Below, piece by piece: positions 36,379-46,451 of a stretch of DNA of 50,124 nt. Each line of letters opens with the position of its first letter. The stretch's first letter is position 1. The notes beneath the pieces were generated by a model, which was not told the origin of the DNA, did not search any database, and saw only the letters and a program-made list of their open reading frames with translations. Origin of the DNA: an uncultured Nitrospira sp. (GTDB lineage Bacteria > Nitrospirota > Nitrospiria > Nitrospirales > Nitrospiraceae). A program made the position numbers and the translations under genes. The stretch spans positions 1-50,124 of the forward strand of contig CAZJOQ010000002.1 in assembly GCA_964547625.1 (NCBI GenBank), in the 5' to 3' direction.

Positions 36379-37002
36379 ATGATGTCTCATTCTACGCTGC
36401 TCACCGATGAAGAGACCGCGCTGTTGGCCGATGCGCAGTTGTTTCGCAAAAAGGCCGTGATTACGGAAAAAATACGAGCTCAGCTGGAAGCGACGCACAC
36501 GGCCTTAGCGCAGGAACTCCCCAGTCTGTCGTTTGTCACTCCTCCAGGGTTCGATGCAAAGCGTTACCAACTGGTGAAGGGCGAGCATCTTGAGGATTTT
36601 CCGTATCAGTACCTGGATTGTCCCAAACACTTTGCCGACTCGAACACGTTCACGTTCCGCACGCTCGTATGGTGGGGACACCACATCACCTGCGCGTTGT
36701 TGCTCGAGGGAGCAGGAATTCCACAGTACAAACGACAGTTCCTTGGCCATTTTCACCAGCTCGCGGGACATGAGTTGGAGCTTTCGCTGGCTCCGTCGTT
36801 GTGGGAGTGGAAGAGGGGCGAAGGCTATACGCTGCCGATTACCCATACCCGCAAGGCCCAGGTCGCGGCCGTGCTGGCGGAACGATCATTTATGAAGGTT
36901 GTGCGGTGTGTGCCATTTAGCGACTCGAAAATCCAGGCCGGGCAGTTGGCTCAGGTGGCGTGTGGTACCTTTCGATCGATGCTCCCCATCGTCACCTCAT
37001 AG
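36379..37002 (+). CDS. Hypothetical protein
   Basis: 207 aa ORF in a plus-strand run; KGEHLEDFPYQYLDCP and FRTLVWWGH look like conserved blocks. Confidence 0.75.
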   Translation: MMSHSTLLTDEETALLADAQLFRKKAVITEKIRAQLEATHTALAQELPSLSFVTPPGFDAKRYQLVKGEHLEDFPYQYLDCPKHFADSNTFTFRTLVWWGHHITCALLLEGAGIPQYKRQFLGHFHQLAGHELELSLAPSLWEWKRGEGYTLPITHTRKAQVAAVLAERSFMKVVRCVPFSDSKIQAGQLAQVACGTFRSMLPIVTS

Positions 37003-37091
37003 TCTTTCTATGACGATTGTCTCCGTCCCCTAACTTGGGTAGACTGTGCACCCATTATCTTTGATCTTTGACCTTTGACCGGGAGGGGCCT

Positions 37092-37739
37092 GTGAAGCAA
37101 ACACCTTTGCGAGTTTTAGGCTGTGCCATCGTGGTGATGACCATGCTGGCTGGCTGTCGGGGAACGGGAACGGTGCGAGCTCTCGAGTTGCATGAGAGGC
37201 CACCGATGGTGCAGGTGACCGACATCGAGCCGATTAAGATCGCCATTGAACAGTTTGACGATCGACGGCCGGACAAAAGCCGTGTGGGTCTTCGCACTCA
37301 CCTCTGGGGAGGAACCACATATTTCAATGTCCCCGGTGAACGGCTGGCCAGTGTGATCACCCAGCGACTCGCCGATCGGCTACGAACGCGTGGATGGGGA
37401 GATCGAGTGTGGGATGTGCGCATGGTTCCCTCGGGATCTGGACCGGACGCCGACATCGTCATCACCGGACAGGTGCTGGATTTTTCCGCGAGCGCGAAGA
37501 GCCGTGTCGGCTCCACCGTGATCGACACAAAGAGTCGATTCAAGGTGGTGGCTAAGAACCAGGCCGACCAGAGTACTACGATTCGTAACATTGAAGGAGG
37601 CCGCAGTCGGACGGTGTTCTGGTTTAGCGAGGATGACATTCAAGAACAGTTGTCCGTTACGCTCAAAGATGGGATTGAGCGGCTGATCAGTGATACGACG
37701 ATTGAGGATAAGGCGCTGCGGTCAGTTCGGGAGCAATGA
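37092..37739 (+). CDS. Lipoprotein (YajG-like)
   Basis: Lipobox MLAG-C; IAIEQFDDRRP; GTG 37092 follows GGGAGG. Confidence 0.75.
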   Translation: MKQTPLRVLGCAIVVMTMLAGCRGTGTVRALELHERPPMVQVTDIEPIKIAIEQFDDRRPDKSRVGLRTHLWGGTTYFNVPGERLASVITQRLADRLRTRGWGDRVWDVRMVPSGSGPDADIVITGQVLDFSASAKSRVGSTVIDTKSRFKVVAKNQADQSTTIRNIEGGRSRTVFWFSEDDIQEQLSVTLKDGIERLISDTTIEDKALRSVREQ

Positions 37740-37838
37740 ACTGGTGGAGTCGCCGGTGAACCCTAGTCCGTCGGGTAGGAGGCGACAGCCTGCTGAGCTC
37801 TCGTCTCCAGCTAATGACCCTCGAAAAGGAACTCATCC

Positions 37839-38900
37839 GTGCGAGAGCGGCGATGGGAAACAACGACGCCACTGACCTTTGGTCAGGCTCTTGCGGTCGG
37901 CACTCGTCTCGCGATGCTCGGGTTAAAGCCAGCTACCCCGGCCCAGGACGTGATTTGCTACGTCGAGGAATGGACGGTCGGGTCTCCAGACGAGCTTGAT
38001 CAGCTTGATCCATGGGCGACGGAAGATGTCACCCTCATCCATATCCGGGAACGATGGCGTGGCGATTTCTTTCTCCTCTCCGGCGCTTACCATACGGTCT
38101 ATCAACGTCACCAAGATGTCGGGACCTACTGCTCCATCAGCCATCCCTGGCGAATTCGAGAGGTGCTGCGGCTTCACGATCAGCGCGGCATGTTCTGGAT
38201 CGGGTTTCGGCATGCTCACTCGTTTATCCGTATTCGGCTGCAGACTCAGGCGGTGATTACGCCGGGGGAGGCGCGCGGCGATGCCGAACGGGCGCGCTGG
38301 TTGGATGAGCGTCGCGCGGCATTTCTGGAAGCTATTACCCTCTTGGACTTGCCGATTGAAACTCATGTGGAGAAGCAGGCCGTGGTCTTGCGGTCTTCCG
38401 ATTCATCAGTACCCTTCTTCTGCTCGTGGCCTGATGCTTTTGGCCCCTGCCAGTTCGAATATAACACTCCGGACGCGTTTGAGTTCCTCGTGCCGGCCAG
38501 CAAGTTGGCGGAAACGTTCAACCCAGAGCCGGCTGGGGTTCGGGCCTATCTCACGGGATTTTCTGAGGAAGCTCTGGAAGAATTTCAAGCCACTGAACCA
38601 GGTGGGCGGTACGCCTATCGTTGTTCGGTCCACTGTCCGTTGGACGATCTACCTGAGATTTTGACTGCGATCCAGCCTGATGGCATTTTGTATGCAACGC
38701 TCTGTGAATTTCAGACCCAGACCCTCCTACCTGAACGTGATGATGCTTCGGCGATCATCGGGATTGTCGGAATCAACGGACAGTTCAAGATCGAAGCTCG
38801 CCTGAATCACGCACCGCTCCCGGAAGATGCTATGGCTCCATGGCTGGAACGGGTGATCGGCTATCCTGTCGTGTATGCGCCGCTCCCGGCGTTTGTCTGA
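37839..38900 (+). CDS. Hypothetical protein
   Basis: 353 aa ORF; start uncertain (possible frameshift from ATG 37814). Confidence 0.72.
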   Translation: MRERRWETTTPLTFGQALAVGTRLAMLGLKPATPAQDVICYVEEWTVGSPDELDQLDPWATEDVTLIHIRERWRGDFFLLSGAYHTVYQRHQDVGTYCSISHPWRIREVLRLHDQRGMFWIGFRHAHSFIRIRLQTQAVITPGEARGDAERARWLDERRAAFLEAITLLDLPIETHVEKQAVVLRSSDSSVPFFCSWPDAFGPCQFEYNTPDAFEFLVPASKLAETFNPEPAGVRAYLTGFSEEALEEFQATEPGGRYAYRCSVHCPLDDLPEILTAIQPDGILYATLCEFQTQTLLPERDDASAIIGIVGINGQFKIEARLNHAPLPEDAMAPWLERVIGYPVVYAPLPAFV

Positions 38901-39010
38901 CAAGAATGCCAGTTGAGCAGCCTCAGGATCCTGTTTCTGAAGCGGTGCAGGCTCCCGCAGAATTTGGTGTTTTCATTGAACAATCGAACGGGATTTCACA
39001 CAGTGGGAGG

Positions 39011-40120
39011 ATGAGTCCGTTCGCGAAGCTCCGGTCCGTTCTCGCGAAACCATTCATGCCGGCAGTATTTTTTCTCTGCGGCGTGAGCTATGACACTGTG
39101 ACGCTTTCACGAATCGATCGCCTTCTAGATAACCTTGTGCTGTTGCTCTACCTCGTGTTGCTGGGTGCCCTGATCATCTTGACGGGGCGAATGAGTCTTG
39201 AAGCTCCACCAGAACGCGAACAACTCCTCTCAGGTCCCCAATTTACGCGGTGGGTATGGGAGTCTCGTCCCTATTACCCTATGGCGAGCCAGTTCCTTTT
39301 CGGTGGCCTCTTTAGTGCGTATGCGATTTTCTATTCTCAAAGCGCCACGTTTACCGGTACAGCCATCTTCTTTGCCCTGCTCATCGTGCTCTTAGTGACC
39401 AACGAATTCTTGCGCGACCGACTATCCAATCTTCAAATTTTGGTGGGTTTGTACACAGTGGTCAGCTTCGCGTTTTTCACCTTCTTTCTGCCTGTGATCA
39501 TCGGTTTGATGAATGTGGTGATCTTTTTGCTCGGTGCTCTCTTGAGCCTAGGCGTGACGCTGTACTTGGTTCAACTGATCTATCGCAATAGGCCGGAGCA
39601 GTCAGGACGACAACCATTTGGTGTGATGGCTCCCGCCATGGTGCTCATCGCAATGCTGATTGGATTTTACTTTCTGAATTGGATTCCGCCGGTGCCGCTG
39701 TCGCTCAAGCACGGTGGCATCTACCATGATATCAAGCGGGAGGGTGACCAGTTTGAGCTATCATTTGAGAGGCAGTGGTATCAATTTTGGAAACGCTCGG
39801 ACACGACGTTCCCGGTAGACGAGCCGGTCTATTGTTTTACGGCGGTGTTCGCTCCTATTGATCTCAACACAACCATCTATCACCACTGGCACTTCCGTCC
39901 GAATGACACGAAGCCGTTCGCGCATGCGGATAGAATTCCCATCAAGATCTCGGGAGAACGGGAAGGTGGCTATCGCGCCTATAGCTTCAAGCAGGGCCTC
40001 GATCCAGGCGACTGGCGGGTCGACATCGAGGCCGAAGATGGGCGTATTATCGGACGGGTTGCGGTGACGGTCTTGAGTCAAACTGAAGAACAACCAAGGC
40101 TGGCGACGGTGTCTCATTAA
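39011..40120 (+). CDS. DUF2914 domain membrane protein
   Basis: Multi-TM N-terminus; motifs NWIPPVPLSL, VYCFTAVFAP, IYHHW, GEREGGYRAYS and GDWRVDI. ATG 39011 follows GGGAGG (ORF open from 38840). Confidence 0.85.
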   Translation: MSPFAKLRSVLAKPFMPAVFFLCGVSYDTVTLSRIDRLLDNLVLLLYLVLLGALIILTGRMSLEAPPEREQLLSGPQFTRWVWESRPYYPMASQFLFGGLFSAYAIFYSQSATFTGTAIFFALLIVLLVTNEFLRDRLSNLQILVGLYTVVSFAFFTFFLPVIIGLMNVVIFLLGALLSLGVTLYLVQLIYRNRPEQSGRQPFGVMAPAMVLIAMLIGFYFLNWIPPVPLSLKHGGIYHDIKREGDQFELSFERQWYQFWKRSDTTFPVDEPVYCFTAVFAPIDLNTTIYHHWHFRPNDTKPFAHADRIPIKISGEREGGYRAYSFKQGLDPGDWRVDIEAEDGRIIGRVAVTVLSQTEEQPRLATVSH

Positions 40121-40179
40121 ACGGTAGATAATGGCGTCACTTGCGGCACGCTCCCTAAGGAGCGTACAGTTCTGGCGTC

Positions 40180-40542
40180 ATGAGCGAGCGATCTCTTTCT
40201 CCCTGTCCTTCCAGCCCCAACTGCGTATCGACTCAGGCGACAGACGAAGGCCATGCCATCAACCCCTTCCCGTACAAAAAGCCTCGCGCTGAGGCAAAGG
40301 AGGCCTTGAAGGCTGCCGTTGCCAGGTTGCCTCGCACCAAACTCATTGAAGAAGATGAGTCCTACTTGCATTATGAATTCACCTCCCTGCTCCTTCGGTT
40401 CATCGATGATGTCGAATTTCTCTTCGACGACGACACCAAAACCGTCCAGTTCCGCTCTGCTTCCCGCACGGGGTACAGCGACCTTGGCGTCAATCGGCGA
40501 CGAATGGAAGAAGTGCGGGCTCTCGTAGGCAGGAAACTATAG
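40180..40542 (+). CDS. DUF1499 domain protein
   Basis: Motifs LSPCPSSPNCVSTQ, FIDDVEF and RSASRTGYSDLGVNRRR. Confidence 0.92.
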   Translation: MSERSLSPCPSSPNCVSTQATDEGHAINPFPYKKPRAEAKEALKAAVARLPRTKLIEEDESYLHYEFTSLLLRFIDDVEFLFDDDTKTVQFRSASRTGYSDLGVNRRRMEEVRALVGRKL

Positions 40543-40610
40543 CGGTTTCTCCAAATGTCTTTGGCGCGGTTCGTCCTCCTGGTATGATTTCCACCACGGG
40601 AGGCTTGATC

Positions 40611-40934
40611 ATGGGGTTTAAACGTAAACACTCGCGCGTCGATGTGGGCCGTGTCGGTCGATTACAGCGTGGAGCGCTTTCGGCCCCCTGCAAGGTTCTC
40701 GATGTGAGCGAGTCCGGTGTCCGGATCGAGAGCCGTCTGTTCGTCAAAAAGTGCGATGTGTTACAACTCCTAATCGAGCTTGATCGGGGGAAAACCTTAA
40801 CCTGTGAATTGGAAGTCGTCTATGTGCGCGCCCCTAAAGTAGGAGCACGAATCATGGCGATCAGCGCTGAAGATCGAGAGCGACTGGCGCATATCCTTGA
40901 CGACCATGTCCAAAACAGTTTTTCCCACCGCTAG
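40611..40934 (+). CDS. PilZ domain protein
   Basis: RxxxR (RKHSR) and DxSxxG (DVSESG) motifs. Confidence 0.85.
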   Translation: MGFKRKHSRVDVGRVGRLQRGALSAPCKVLDVSESGVRIESRLFVKKCDVLQLLIELDRGKTLTCELEVVYVRAPKVGARIMAISAEDRERLAHILDDHVQNSFSHR

Positions 40935-41282
40935 GCGCGCCGGCGCATACTAGACCACCGACGTCCGCATTTCCTTTCCTGAGAAATTGAAGTTGGAGAG
41001 ATAGGCCAGGGCATTAGTCCAGGTGAGTGGTAGGCTGCAAAATTTTCCAGGGCATCCCACTGAAGTATGGTGCTGGCTTGGAGGTACTTGGTTAGGTACC
41101 ACCGGTCGGAGATCATATGTTACGGTAACGCGTATTGGGTTCTCAACATAGAGGGACTGTTGAAGAATTGGATTTTTTGTGGAAACTGAAATCGTAACCT
41201 ATTGTTCTTAAAACGGTGCGGATTTCAAAAGACCGCCATTTTGCCAATTATTCAACAGTCCCATAGAGGTAATCAGCTGTCG

Positions 41283-41987
41283 ATGGAGTCTATCCAGGCT
41301 AACGTCAGTCGGATCAGAGATTTAACCCAAGACGTCCGCGAACTAGAGCTCATTCTCCGGAAACCTAAAGACATCAGCTTTAAAGCTGGCCAATTCATCT
41401 CATTCGATGTGCCAAAGGAAGGTTATCCCTATCCGGTCACGCGTCCCTATTCCATTGCGTCGCCTCCCTCAACCTCCGATCGGGTGCTCTTGCTCTTCAA
41501 TTTGGTTCAAGGAGGCCCTGGGTCGACCTATCTTTTCGGTCTTCGGGAAGGAGACCCGGTGAGCTTCAAGGGTCCGGCCGGGTCCTTCACTCTGCGAGAG
41601 GATGCGACTAAACGGATCCTGTTTGTGGCGACTGGGACCGGAATTGCACCCTTTCGATCCATGATCCTCTCGCAGCTTGAGCGGAATAGTTCCCAGTCCC
41701 TGACGCTATTCTGGGGAGTGAGAAGCGAGCGGGATTTGTATTTCCAGGATGAGTTCCAAGATCTGGCCGACCAATATCCGCATTTTCTGTTTGTGACGAC
41801 CCTCTCACAGGCAGGACCCGAATGGACCGGAGCGAGAGGACGAGTATCTCATCTCGTTCAAGAACGAGTGACGTCGGTCCGGGATTTGGCCGTCTATTTA
41901 TGCGGCAATGGAAGCATGATCAAGGACGTGACGTCGTTCATTCAGGGGAAGGGACTGTGTCCTATTTACCGGGAGAAGTATTACTAA
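41283..41987 (+). CDS. FAD/NAD(P)-binding oxidoreductase (FNR-like)
   Basis: Motifs FKAGQF, RPYSIAS, GPGSTYL, ATGTGIAPF and YLCG. Confidence 0.9.
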   Translation: MESIQANVSRIRDLTQDVRELELILRKPKDISFKAGQFISFDVPKEGYPYPVTRPYSIASPPSTSDRVLLLFNLVQGGPGSTYLFGLREGDPVSFKGPAGSFTLREDATKRILFVATGTGIAPFRSMILSQLERNSSQSLTLFWGVRSERDLYFQDEFQDLADQYPHFLFVTTLSQAGPEWTGARGRVSHLVQERVTSVRDLAVYLCGNGSMIKDVTSFIQGKGLCPIYREKYY

Positions 41988-42360
41988 ACCGGAGAGTTTA
42001 GGACACTCATCATGAAGCCGCGTTCTGAGGCTTCGATTCCAGTCTCGTCGTGTGCTGAAAAATGCACTTTGGGCAGGTGTAATGGATGAACTGTTTTCCC
42101 CCAACCAGTCGCTTCGTCATGAGTACTTTGCACCAGGTGCAGAGGCGATCGGGTAATTCAATCCGAGGTGTGTCTGAAAGAGGACCCATGGGAACGTATT
42201 GTTCCTGAGCGGCGCGACCTTGTCAACCGAATGCAAATAACTTCCTGCCCAGAGCCAAAACATTTCTGACCAGCACGTATGCATTAAGAAAAACATGGTA
42301 TAGTTCACGCAACGGATAGTCCATGTGCCCAACTCTTTGACAGAAAGGTAGCGACCTCCT

Positions 42361-42801
42361 ATGAGCACCTCGCCGAGTTCTGACTCCACGATCTTACCAT
42401 CCAACGCCCCTGCAGCTGCGACCCGACCTGTTCAAGACATGGTGGGAAACGGTAAGGCATGGGGACTTTGCACCGCAGTCGATCTCCACGATTGCAATCC
42501 CGATCTGATCCGTGATGCAGACTCTATCAAGCGCTACGTTGTTGAGCTATGTGAGCTCATCGGGATGAAGCGCTTCGGCGAGTGCCAGGTCGTAAATTTC
42601 GGCGAGGGTCGTGTCGCCGGCTATTCCATGGTGCAGCTGATCTCCACCTCGCTGATCAGTGGGCATTTTGCTAACGAGACCAATTACGCCTACCTCGACA
42701 TTTTCAGTTGCAAAGGCTATGATCCGGCAGTCGTCGAATCTTTTTCGAAGGAATTCTTCGGCGCCCGGCATAGTGTCGCGACAGCCACTCTCCGGTACTA
42801 A
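42361..42801 (+). CDS. S-adenosylmethionine decarboxylase family proenzyme (SpeD/SpeH-like)
   Basis: Motifs VDLHDC, GYSMVQLISTSLISGHF and YLDIFSCK. Confidence 0.82.
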   Translation: MSTSPSSDSTILPSNAPAAATRPVQDMVGNGKAWGLCTAVDLHDCNPDLIRDADSIKRYVVELCELIGMKRFGECQVVNFGEGRVAGYSMVQLISTSLISGHFANETNYAYLDIFSCKGYDPAVVESFSKEFFGARHSVATATLRY

Positions 42802-42828
42802 AAGGTTTCAGCCAATAGAGAAATTGCT

Positions 42829-42861
42829 CGGGGGCGGATCAATTCCGCCCCCGTAGTTTTT
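42829..42861 (+). terminator. Rho-independent terminator
   Basis: CGGGGGCGGA-tcaat-TCCGCCCCCG followed by TAGTTTTT. Confidence 0.82.
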
Positions 42862-42888
42862 CATCACGCTGGGGGAGTTTGCCCATTT

Positions 42889-43227
42889 ATGAAAGCGAAA
42901 ACGATACGGGAGGTGCTCGACACGCTTCCGTCAAAACTGGACAAAGATGCCGCGGAAGATGTTAATGCGGTGTACCAGTTCGATCTCCAAGGAGCCCAAG
43001 GCGGACAATATCAATTATTGGTTCAGAATGGAAGCTGTGTCGTGAAGGATGGAATCCATGACGACCCGCATGTGACGCTGTCGATGGCCGGAGAAGATTG
43101 CATTCGGATCCTCAATGGGCAGCTCAGCAGTATGACGATGGCCATGTCCGGGCGATTGCAGATCACGGGAGATATTGGGTTGGCCATGCAGCTCAAATCC
43201 TTGTTTCCCAACATTGTGGAGCATTGA
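42889..43227 (+). CDS. SCP2 sterol-binding domain protein
   Basis: AVYQFDLQG...GG.Y and MAMSGRLQITGDIGLAMQL. Confidence 0.9.
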   Translation: MKAKTIREVLDTLPSKLDKDAAEDVNAVYQFDLQGAQGGQYQLLVQNGSCVVKDGIHDDPHVTLSMAGEDCIRILNGQLSSMTMAMSGRLQITGDIGLAMQLKSLFPNIVEH

Positions 43228-43232
43228 GAGAG

Positions 43233-46200
43233 CTACTCGGGAGCAGGAACTGCGTCAGTTGACGATGGCCTCTGATCGTGCGGCTCTCTCTCAAACTTTC
43301 TAGGGAAGCGCTCCTCCAGGATGACATACATCGTCGGGACCAGAAACAGCGTGAGCAGAGTGGAAACACTCAACCCGCCGACCACCGCGCGTGCCAATGG
43401 CGCGTTAGTTTCAGCACCGGTTCCGAGTCCGATCGCCATAGGGAGGAGTCCGAAGACCGTGGCCAGGGAAGTCATGAGAATCGGACGCAGCCTCGTTCGT
43501 GCGCCGGTGACGACGGCCTGGTGAAGTGCGTGTCCTCTTCGGCGGAGCACATTGGTGTAGTCAACCAGCAAGACTCCGTTTGAGACCACAATCCCAAACA
43601 TCATGATGATGCCCATCATTGAGGAGGTGGAAAGCGTTGTTTCTGTCAAGAACAGCATCAAAATGACCCCGGGAAAGCCCATCGGCACGGCAAACATGAT
43701 GATGAATGGATCGATGAGCGACTTAAACTGGGCGGCCATGACCATGTAGACCAACATGAGCGCCAGGATGATGGCAAACTGCAATCCTTCGAAGGTTTCC
43801 CTCTGCTGCTGAATCTGCCCGGCTAGTTTGATGCTAAAACCTGCAGGCAGTTGGAGTTTAGCGAACGCCGACTCGAGATCTTCGGCAATCTCGCCGAGCG
43901 TTCGAGTGGTCGGATTCGCCGTAATGTGGATCACGCGCTGAAAGTGCTTCCGATCGACTTTCACCGGCCCCGCGTTCAACTTGAGTGAAGCCACGTTTTT
44001 GAGTAGGACCGGCTCACCGGTTTTGGTGGTGAGAAGAATATTCTCCAAATCAGTGAGACTCTTTCGGTGTTCTTCCGCCAGCCACGCGCTGATGAAGTAC
44101 TCGTTGCTGCTTTGTGGATCGGTGTAAATGATCGGATCGGTCGGACCGTTCCCATTCAAGGAAAAGAGGACGGCATTGGCCACATCGGTTTCGCTGATCC
44201 CGAGCAAGGCGGCTTTTTCCCGATCCACTGTCACGTTGACTTCCGGATAGTTTTCCTCCCGACTTGGTTCCACATCGGCGAGACCGGGAGTCTGCTCCAT
44301 GATCTCTTTGACGCGTGCGATGACCTCCCTCGCCGTTCCAAAATCATGTCCATAAATTTCCACATCAACGGCCTTTTGGGAGCCGAAGCTGGTGACACGC
44401 TTGACAAGACCTCCAGGGTCGAAATACATCGAGACACCAGGAAACAGTTTCACTATCTTAGGGCGCACATCGTTCATGATCTCAACCTGAGTTCTTGTCC
44501 GCTTCGACGGTTCGACGAGATACACTTGAATCGAAGAGGTGTGAGGGCCGGTATTGGGGTTGAACAGAGACGAACGACCTTGGGACAGGACACCGGTACT
44601 GGAGACGATGGTCTGCAGTTCAGTCGCGGGAATATTTGCCCGGATGACCCGTTCAACTTCTGAGACTTGCTGTTCAGTCTTTTCAACCCGTTGGCCGACC
44701 GGTGCCCTTAAGACAATCCGAAACTGGCTCTCGTCGGAAACCGGTAGGAACTCGGTTCCGATCAGAGGAACTAAGGTGAGCGATCCAAAGAAAATCAACG
44801 TGACTGCGATGATCAGAGTCTTGCGATGTCCCAGGATCCACTGCAGCGAGTCTTCGTAACCTCGATCTAGCGATTCATAGCGGGTACGGCTCCACTCCAT
44901 CACTACCGCAAGCCAACTCGGCATGGCGCGCTGTGCGTCTTGCTCAGGTTTGAGGAATCTATAGCACAGCGCCGGTGTCACTGTGCGAGAGACAAGGAAT
45001 GACGTGAAGAGCGCGATCGCGATTGTGATGGTCAACGGAATCAACAACAGGCGTGCGATCCCGACGACGAAAAATACGGGGAGAAACACGACGACGGTCG
45101 TTACGGTCGAGGCAAAGATCGGCATCGCAACTTCTCGAGCAGCATCGAGGATGCCGTTCCACCGGTCGGGATTGGTATTGACGTGGCGCTGAATGTTTTC
45201 CAGTTCCACGATGGAATCATCCACAAGCCGGCCGATTCCCAGCGCAAGCCCACCGAGTGTGAAGATGTTGAGAGTCTGATTCGTGAAATAGAGCACGATA
45301 AACGTCACGAGCATCGACAGCGGGATGGCTACGGAAATGATCATGGTGCTGGTCAAGTTTCGTAGAAAGATAAAAATCACGGCCGCGGCTAATAATGAAC
45401 CGTGAATAGCCTGTTCGATCAGATTGCGGATGGATTGACGGATGTAAAGAGATTGGTCAAACGAAATACCAAGCTTCACTCCTTCAGGGATGCCGAATAG
45501 CTTCGGGAGGGCAGTGCGTAGGGCGTCGACGACCGCTACCGTATTGGCGAGCGGTTGTTTGTTGACGCGAAGAAACACCGATCTGGCCCCATCGGTATGA
45601 ACGATGTTTGTTTGAATGTCCGAGGAATCCGTCACAGTTCCTACGTCGCGCACGCGGACCGGGTTGCCTTGCTGATTCACCTTCACGATGACGTCTTGGA
45701 TCGGCTCCACCGTTCGAAACTGGTTGTTCGTAAACACGTTGTAATCAAGGTTGCCGGCCTTGATACTGCCGGAAGGCAAAATCAAGTTGGCGGCTTTGAC
45801 GGATCGGACGACGTCGAGAATCGAAAGCCCCCGGGCACTGAGGAGCGCAGGATCCAGATTGATATTGATCTGGCGAATCTTCCCTCCTTCCACCGTCGCC
45901 GCCGCGACGTCGGCGATCTGCTCGATCTGGGGAGCGATGGTGTTATACGCAAGATCATAGAGTCCGCGCTCGTCCAACTCATCGCTCGACACCGACACAA
46001 TCGAAACAGGAATATTGGAGACATCGAACTTGACGATAAACGGCTGCAGAATGCCCGGTGGAAGGCTGTTTAGGATCTGCGTGATGCGTTGCATCACCTC
46101 CATTTGGCCGACATTGAGGTCGGCACCCCAGTTGAACCAGATCTGGACCGCTCCGAGTCCTTGCTTACTGAACGACTCGACATGTTCCACATTAGAGGCC

Positions 46201-46418
46201 GAACTGACGGCTTTTTCGATCGGGTATACAACGCTCTGCTCGATGTCGAGAGGAGGCGCTCCTTTATAAATAACGCCCACGAAAGCAACGGGAACCTGGA
46301 TTTGTGGGAAGAGGTCAACCGGCAATCTCTGAAGCGACGTCACGCCCAATACCACCATCGCCAAGGAGAGCATCAAAATACCGATTCGATTGCGTAGTGC
46401 GAGTAGAGTCAGCCACAT
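43233..46418 (-). CDS. RND efflux transporter permease (AcrB/AcrD/AcrF family)
   Basis: Motifs LPVDLFP, GLALGIGRLVDDSIVELENI, NGVLLVD and RLRPILMT. Confidence 0.95.
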   Translation of the reverse strand: MWLTLLALRNRIGILMLSLAMVVLGVTSLQRLPVDLFPQIQVPVAFVGVIYKGAPPLDIEQSVVYPIEKAVSSASNVEHVESFSKQGLGAVQIWFNWGADLNVGQMEVMQRITQILNSLPPGILQPFIVKFDVSNIPVSIVSVSSDELDERGLYDLAYNTIAPQIEQIADVAAATVEGGKIRQININLDPALLSARGLSILDVVRSVKAANLILPSGSIKAGNLDYNVFTNNQFRTVEPIQDVIVKVNQQGNPVRVRDVGTVTDSSDIQTNIVHTDGARSVFLRVNKQPLANTVAVVDALRTALPKLFGIPEGVKLGISFDQSLYIRQSIRNLIEQAIHGSLLAAAVIFIFLRNLTSTMIISVAIPLSMLVTFIVLYFTNQTLNIFTLGGLALGIGRLVDDSIVELENIQRHVNTNPDRWNGILDAAREVAMPIFASTVTTVVVFLPVFFVVGIARLLLIPLTITIAIALFTSFLVSRTVTPALCYRFLKPEQDAQRAMPSWLAVVMEWSRTRYESLDRGYEDSLQWILGHRKTLIIAVTLIFFGSLTLVPLIGTEFLPVSDESQFRIVLRAPVGQRVEKTEQQVSEVERVIRANIPATELQTIVSSTGVLSQGRSSLFNPNTGPHTSSIQVYLVEPSKRTRTQVEIMNDVRPKIVKLFPGVSMYFDPGGLVKRVTSFGSQKAVDVEIYGHDFGTAREVIARVKEIMEQTPGLADVEPSREENYPEVNVTVDREKAALLGISETDVANAVLFSLNGNGPTDPIIYTDPQSSNEYFISAWLAEEHRKSLTDLENILLTTKTGEPVLLKNVASLKLNAGPVKVDRKHFQRVIHITANPTTRTLGEIAEDLESAFAKLQLPAGFSIKLAGQIQQQRETFEGLQFAIILALMLVYMVMAAQFKSLIDPFIIMFAVPMGFPGVILMLFLTETTLSTSSMMGIIMMFGIVVSNGVLLVDYTNVLRRRGHALHQAVVTGARTRLRPILMTSLATVFGLLPMAIGLGTGAETNAPLARAVVGGLSVSTLLTLFLVPTMYVILEERFPRKFEREPHDQRPSSTDAVPAPE

Positions 46419-46451
46419 ATCTGGAAGAAGCAAAAAGGCACTTGTTTCCTT

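Noticed and set aside
41990-42360. Possible SAM riboswitch upstream of the speD-like gene
   Set aside because: No SAM-I or SAM-II consensus elements were recognisable.
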